Below, in pieces: positions 58,940 through 64,000 of a DNA stretch of 64,000 nt (its first letter is position 1; every line of letters starts with the position of its first letter). The position numbers and the translations under genes are program-made. The stretch spans positions 3,474,001-3,538,000 of the forward strand of contig NC_086101.1 of assembly GCF_963921235.1 (NCBI RefSeq). The letters run 5' to 3'. Origin of the DNA: Mobula hypostoma (lineage: Eukaryota). The notes under the pieces are model-generated. The model worked only from the letters and a program-made list of their open reading frames with translations. It did not search any database and had not been told where the DNA came from.

Positions 58940-61480
58940 AGGATGAGTGGGAAGCCAGAGGACTGGGTGACTTAAAGGAGCAACAGAAGATAACTAAAAA
59001 GGCAATATGGGTAAAAGATGAGGTACGAAGGTAAGCTAGCCAAAAATATAAAGGAGGATAGTAAAAGCTTCTTTAGGTATGTGAAGAGGAAAAAAATTAG
59101 TTAAGACCAAAGTTGGGCCCTTGAAGACAGAAACGGGTGAAATTATTATGGGGAACAAAGAAATGGCAGATGAGCTGAACAGTTACTTCGGATCTGTCTT
59201 CACTAGGGAAGACACAAACAATCTCCCAGATGTGATAGTGGCCAGAGAGCCTAGGGTAATGGAGGAACTGAAGGAAATTCGCATCAAGCACAAAATGGTG
59301 TTCGGTAAACTGATGGGACAGAAGGAGAAGCCATTTAACCCTGGAATCGTTTTTGTGAACCTCCTTTGAACCCGCTCCAGGGTCAGCACATCCTTTCTAA
59401 GGTAAGGGGCCCAAAACTGCTCACAATACTCCAAGTGAGGCCTCACCAGTGCTTAAAGTCTCGACGTTACATCTTTGTTTTTATATTCCATTCCTTTTGA
59501 AATGAATGCCAACGTTGTGTTTACCGTCCAAGCCACAGACTCAACCTGCAGACTAACCTTTAGGGAAACCTGCCCAAATTCCTTTGCGCATCATATTTTT
59601 GTATTTTCTCTCCACTTGGACATGACTCAACCATTTCACTTCTTCTACCGAAGCGCATGACCAGACATTTCCCGACACTGTATTCCATCTGTCATTTATT
59701 TTCCCTTTCTCCTAATCTGTCTTCAGTCATTCTGTAGCCTCCCTATTTCCTCAAATCTACCCGCCCCCCTCCAGCTTTCTTCATATCATCTGCAAGTTTG
59801 GGGAAAAGCCATCAATTCCATCATCCAAATCATGGACATATAACGTAAATAGAATCAGTCCCACACAGACCCCTGTGGAACACCATTAGTCAGCAGCCAA
59901 TCAGAAAATGGTTGCTTTTTCCCACTCTTTGACACCCGCCAAGCAGCCACTGCTTTATCCAAGCTAGAAATCTTCCTGTGATACCATGGGCTCGTAGCTT
60001 GTGAGGCAGCCTCCTGTATGGCGCCTTGTCAAAGGCCTTCTGAAAATCCAAATACACAACATCAACCAATTCTCCTTTGGTGCTCCTGCTTGTTATTTAT
60101 TATTTATTTATTTTATTGAGTTGCAACGTGTAGTAGGCCCTTTCGGCCCCCTGGCCCATGCTGCCCGGCAATCCCCCGATTTAACCCTAGCCTGATCACA
60201 GGACAATTTGCAATGACCGATTAACTACCGACTAGTTCATCCTTGGATTGTGGGAGGAAACCGAAGCACCTGGAGGAAACCCGCACAGTCAAGGGGAGAA
60301 AATACAAACTCCTTACAGGCAGTGGCGGAAATTGACCCCAGGTAGTTACTTCAGAGAATTCCAACAGATTTGTCGGGCAGGATTTTCCCTTGAGAAAACC
60401 ATGCCAACTGCGGCCTATTTTGCCATGTGCCTCCAGGTACCCTGAAACCACATCCTTAGCAATCGACTCTAACATCTTCCCAACCACTGAGGTCAGACTA
60501 AATGGCCTGTAATTTCCTTTCTTATGCCTCTCTCCCTTCTTGAAGAGTGAAGTGACATTTGCAATTTTCCAGTGCTCTGGAAGCATTCCAGAATCTAGTG
60601 ATTCTTGAAATATCATTACTAATACTTCCACAATCTCTTCAGCTACCTCTTTCAGAGCTCCAGGGTGTACATAATCTGGTCCAGCTGACTTGACCGCCTT
60701 CAGGTCTTTCAGTTTCCCAAGAACCTTCTCTCTAATAATGGCAACTTCACATATTTCATGACCCCTGACACCCGGAACTTCCACTATGCTGAAGAATGAT
60801 GCAAAATACCTGTTCAGTTCATCCGCCATTTCCTTGCCCCCACTTCTACCACCCCAGCATCGTTTTCCAGCCATCCAATATCTACTCTTGCCTCTCTTTT
60901 ACACTTCAGGTATCTGAAGACACTTTTGGGATCCTCTTTAATATTGTTGGCTAGCTTACTTTTGTATTCCATCTTTACCTTCTTAATCACTGTTTAGTTT
61001 CCTGCGGTTGGTATTTAAAAGCTTACCAATCCGCTATTTTCCCACTAATTTTTGCTCTGTTATATGCCCTACCTTTGGTTTTTTATGTTAGCTTTGGCTT
61101 CCCTTTTTACCCATGCTTGCCTTTAGAGTATTACTTCATCTTTGGGATGTATATATCCAGAAGTTTCAGCCATTGCTGCTCTGCCATCATCCCTGCCAGT
61201 GTTCTTTTCCAATCAATTCCGGCCAACCCCTCTCTCACTCCTCTGTGATCTCTTTGATTCCACTGCAAAACTGATACATATGACTTTAGTTTCTCTTTCT
61301 TAAATTTCAGTGTGAATTCAATCATATTATGATCACTTACCCCTAAGGGTTCTTTTACCTTAAGCTCTCTAATCAATTCCGGTTCATTTCTCAACACCCG
61401 ATCCAGAGTAGCTGATCCTCTTGTGGGCTCAACCACGAGCTGCTCTACAAAGCCATCTGATAGGCATTCCAGAAATCTCC
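58940..61480. mobile_element. CR1 fragments in both orientations (+ 58940-59325, - 59325-61480) with a nested SINE at about 60100-60340
   Basis: [40 protein letters not shown] ORFs. Confidence 0.85.
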
Positions 61481-61761
61481 CCCACCCCCACCCCCCTGGA
61501 ATTCTCAGATCATACGGATCCTTTCCAAAATTGTCCAGCTTATCCAGTGTTTCAATGCTAACTTCACCTGCAGACCGGGGACTGCAATTTGAGCTTTAAA
61601 GTTAAGCGTCAGCCAAGGCTCTGTGATATCGGCAATATTGTTTTACCTGGTGATTGGGTTCTGAGGCAAACAATGAGGATAAGCAGAGTGGCATTAGGTG
61701 GACACTATTCTCTACTTTAGAAGACCTTGACTTTGCGGATGATCTTGCATTACTATCGCAT

Positions 61762-62440
61762 ACTGGTGGACTGGTCTAAAAACACTGAGGTTGTCTACAA
61801 GAAGGGTCAGAGCCGTCTCTATTTCCTGAGGAGACTGAGGTCCTTTAACATCTGCCGGACGATGCTGAGGATGTTCTACGAGTCTGTGGTGGCCAGTGCT
61901 ATCATGTTTGCTGTTGTCTGCTGGGGCAGCAGGCTGAGGGTAGCAGACACCAACAGGATCAACAAACTCATTCGTAAGGCCAGTGATGCTGTGGGGATGG
62001 AACTGGACTCTCTGACGGTGGTGTCTGAAAAGAGGATGCTGTCCAAGTTGCATGCCATCTTGGTCAATGTCTCCCATCCACTACATAATGTACTGGGTGG
62101 GCACAGGAGTACATTCAGCCAGAGACTCATTCCACCGAGATGCAGCACAGAGCGTCATAGGGAGTCATTCCTGCCTGTGGCCATCAAACTTTACAACTCC
62201 TCCCTTGGAGGGTCAGACACCCTGAGCCAATAGGCTGGTCCTGGACTTATTTCATAATTTACTGACATAATTTACATATTACTATTTAACTATTTATTAC
62301 TATTTTTCTGTTACTATTCTATTACTAGTTAATATTTCCATGACTATTACAATTTACTAATAGTAATATTACTATTACTATTTATTATTTGTGGTGCAAC
62401 TATAACGAAAACCAATTTCCCCCGGGATCAACAAAGTATG
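61762..62440 (+). mobile_element. Rex1/Babar-type LINE 3' end with open ORF
   Basis: DWSKNT..VYKKGQSRLYFLRRLRSF..FYESVVASAI.FAVVCWG..SFLPVAIKLYN. Confidence 0.88.
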
Positions 62441-62727
62441 ACTATGACTGTGACTGTGACTGTGACTGTGACTGTGACTATGACTGTGACTGTGACTGTG
62501 ACTGTGACTGTGACTGTGACTGTGACTGTGAGTGTGACTGTGACTGTGACTGTGACTGTGACTGTGACTGTGACTGTGACTGTGTGACTGTGACTGTGAC
62601 TGTGACTGTGACTGTGACTGTGACTGTGTGACTGTGACTGTGACTGTGACTGTGAGACTGTGACTGTGACTGTGACTGTGACTGTGTGACTGTGACTGTG
62701 ACTGTGACTGTGACTGTGACTGTGACT
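62438..62727. repeat. (TGACTG)n microsatellite forming the tail of the Rex1-type copy
   Basis: Direct reading; follows caacaaagtatgactatgac. Confidence 0.95.
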
Positions 62728-63734
62728 ATCCACACCAGCACATGCCAAAGGAAACTCAGAGCCTGTGTACCCTTGGTGGACGGGTTGGACTTAGTCAGAC
62801 GGAGAAAGACTGAGACCATGACCATCAGAACCAAGTCTCCTCTCCTCCCGTCAAGGCGTTTATCTTACCCAGTACCGGGTAAGACCCACCTACCTGGGCA
62901 GCATCATTCGGTAGGGTGGGAGGATCAAGGGCCCCATCCAGTGCAGACCCAGCAAAGATAGAAACGACTTCAGGGAAATGAGCAACATATAGGGATCAAC
63001 CAAGTACAGCGCCCACACTGTTGTACGGGTCAGAATGCTGTTGCATGACAGAGAACGACCTTATCAAGTTGTCGTCACTCCACACCACGACCTTCTGGAA
63101 GACCCGCCGTATTTTCTGGCCAAGTAAAAATTTCCAACCACTGCCTAATCTTTCGGTGCCACCGAGGAGACATGGTCACAGTCATCATGAGGAAAGATTG
63201 GTGATGGATTGAGCATGGATGAGAAGAGGGGCCAACTCCATTATCAAGACAGCCCCTGAAGAGCGGAGTAAGCGCTGGAGACCCAGGACAATGGTGCCAT
63301 ACCGTCGGGGCAGAAATGAGTACTCTGAACCGCACCTGGACACAATGGAGAAGATGGCCAAGGACAGACAGGGATGGAGGACCTTCATTGCCGTCCCAAA
63401 CGCCAGGGGCATAACAGGCAGTGACGAGCAAATAATTTGAAACGGTTTTGTAAGGCCGCCCCGTCCCCCAAGGTCAGTACACGGTGGTTACTCGTCACCG
63501 TTCCCAGCAGAGGGAGAAAGTTGCCGCATTCTTGTCACTTGTCCTCGCTGGGTTAATCTCTATGCTGCCCCGCTTTCCACTCACCAGTCCCGCCGTCTTT
63601 ATTTTCACCGTTTCTAAGGCTGGTTGGCTGTTCTTGGTCCGGACAAAGTTTGCTTCCACCACTCCTGACGTCGGCAGTAGATCGCTCTCTGTAGAAGTGG
63701 GTAGAGTTAAGGCAGTTACGGGTTCTCTCGGGTC

Positions 63735-64000
63735 GGAGGAACAGCACCTCTTATTCTATCTAGTCTCCAACCTTACGGCATGAACATCGATTTCTCCAAC
63801 TCCCAGTAAATTTACCCCACCCTTCCCTATTGTGCATTCCTCCATTCTGGCCTCTAACGTCTTCTCACCTCCCCCTGGTGTGTCCCTATGTCTTCCCTTT
63901 CTCCCATGGTCTACTCTCCTGTCCAATCAGACTCCATCTTCTCCAGACAGACATGGAGGACGTTCTTTACCGCTCACCTCCCAGCCTCTTACTTCACCTC
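63735..64000 (+). mobile_element. Penelope-like 3' end fragment
   Basis: EEQHL...SLQPYGMNIDFSN remnant followed by a pyrimidine-rich UTR. Confidence 0.7.

Larger units (their letters stand above)
58070..63435 (+). mobile_element. Degenerate RTE-clade LINE interrupted by CR1 and Rex1 insertions
   Basis: IPKKG....NNWRGIALLS..SK (58740-58810), LRKEQVGF, EDLDFADDLALLSH (about 61720-61760), LLYGSEC, WRTFI.V. Confidence 0.8.

Overview
Eukaryotic (vertebrate) genomic DNA. The repeat content (CR1, Rex1/Babar, RTE and Penelope-like retroelements, V-SINE-type SINEs) suggests a cartilaginous fish; that is inference. Two spliced protein-coding genes converge. On +, the last 12 coding exons (about 588 aa) of the RNA-exosome helicase SKIC2/SKIV2L run from 1960 to 42165, with AATAAA at 42190. 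On -, the last three exons of a complement factor B/C2-family serine protease run from 57147 down to 53626, with an intact GDSGG motif. Both are MHC class III genes, so this looks like part of an MHC class III region, but in a non-human order: tail-to-tail, with no NELFE or DXO visible between them. Introns are inflated by nested retroelements and large minisatellites. Many minisatellites are visibly seeded from retroelement sequence or repeat splice-donor motifs next to exons. The Penelope terminal repeats carry minimal type I hammerhead ribozyme motifs, one lying sense within a Bf/C2 intron. The intergenic gap is filled by a ~10 kb C/T-rich tract. The long ORFs in the supplied track are almost all repeat artefacts. 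I found no convincing novel protein-coding system; the most interesting signals are structural, RNA-level and syntenic.
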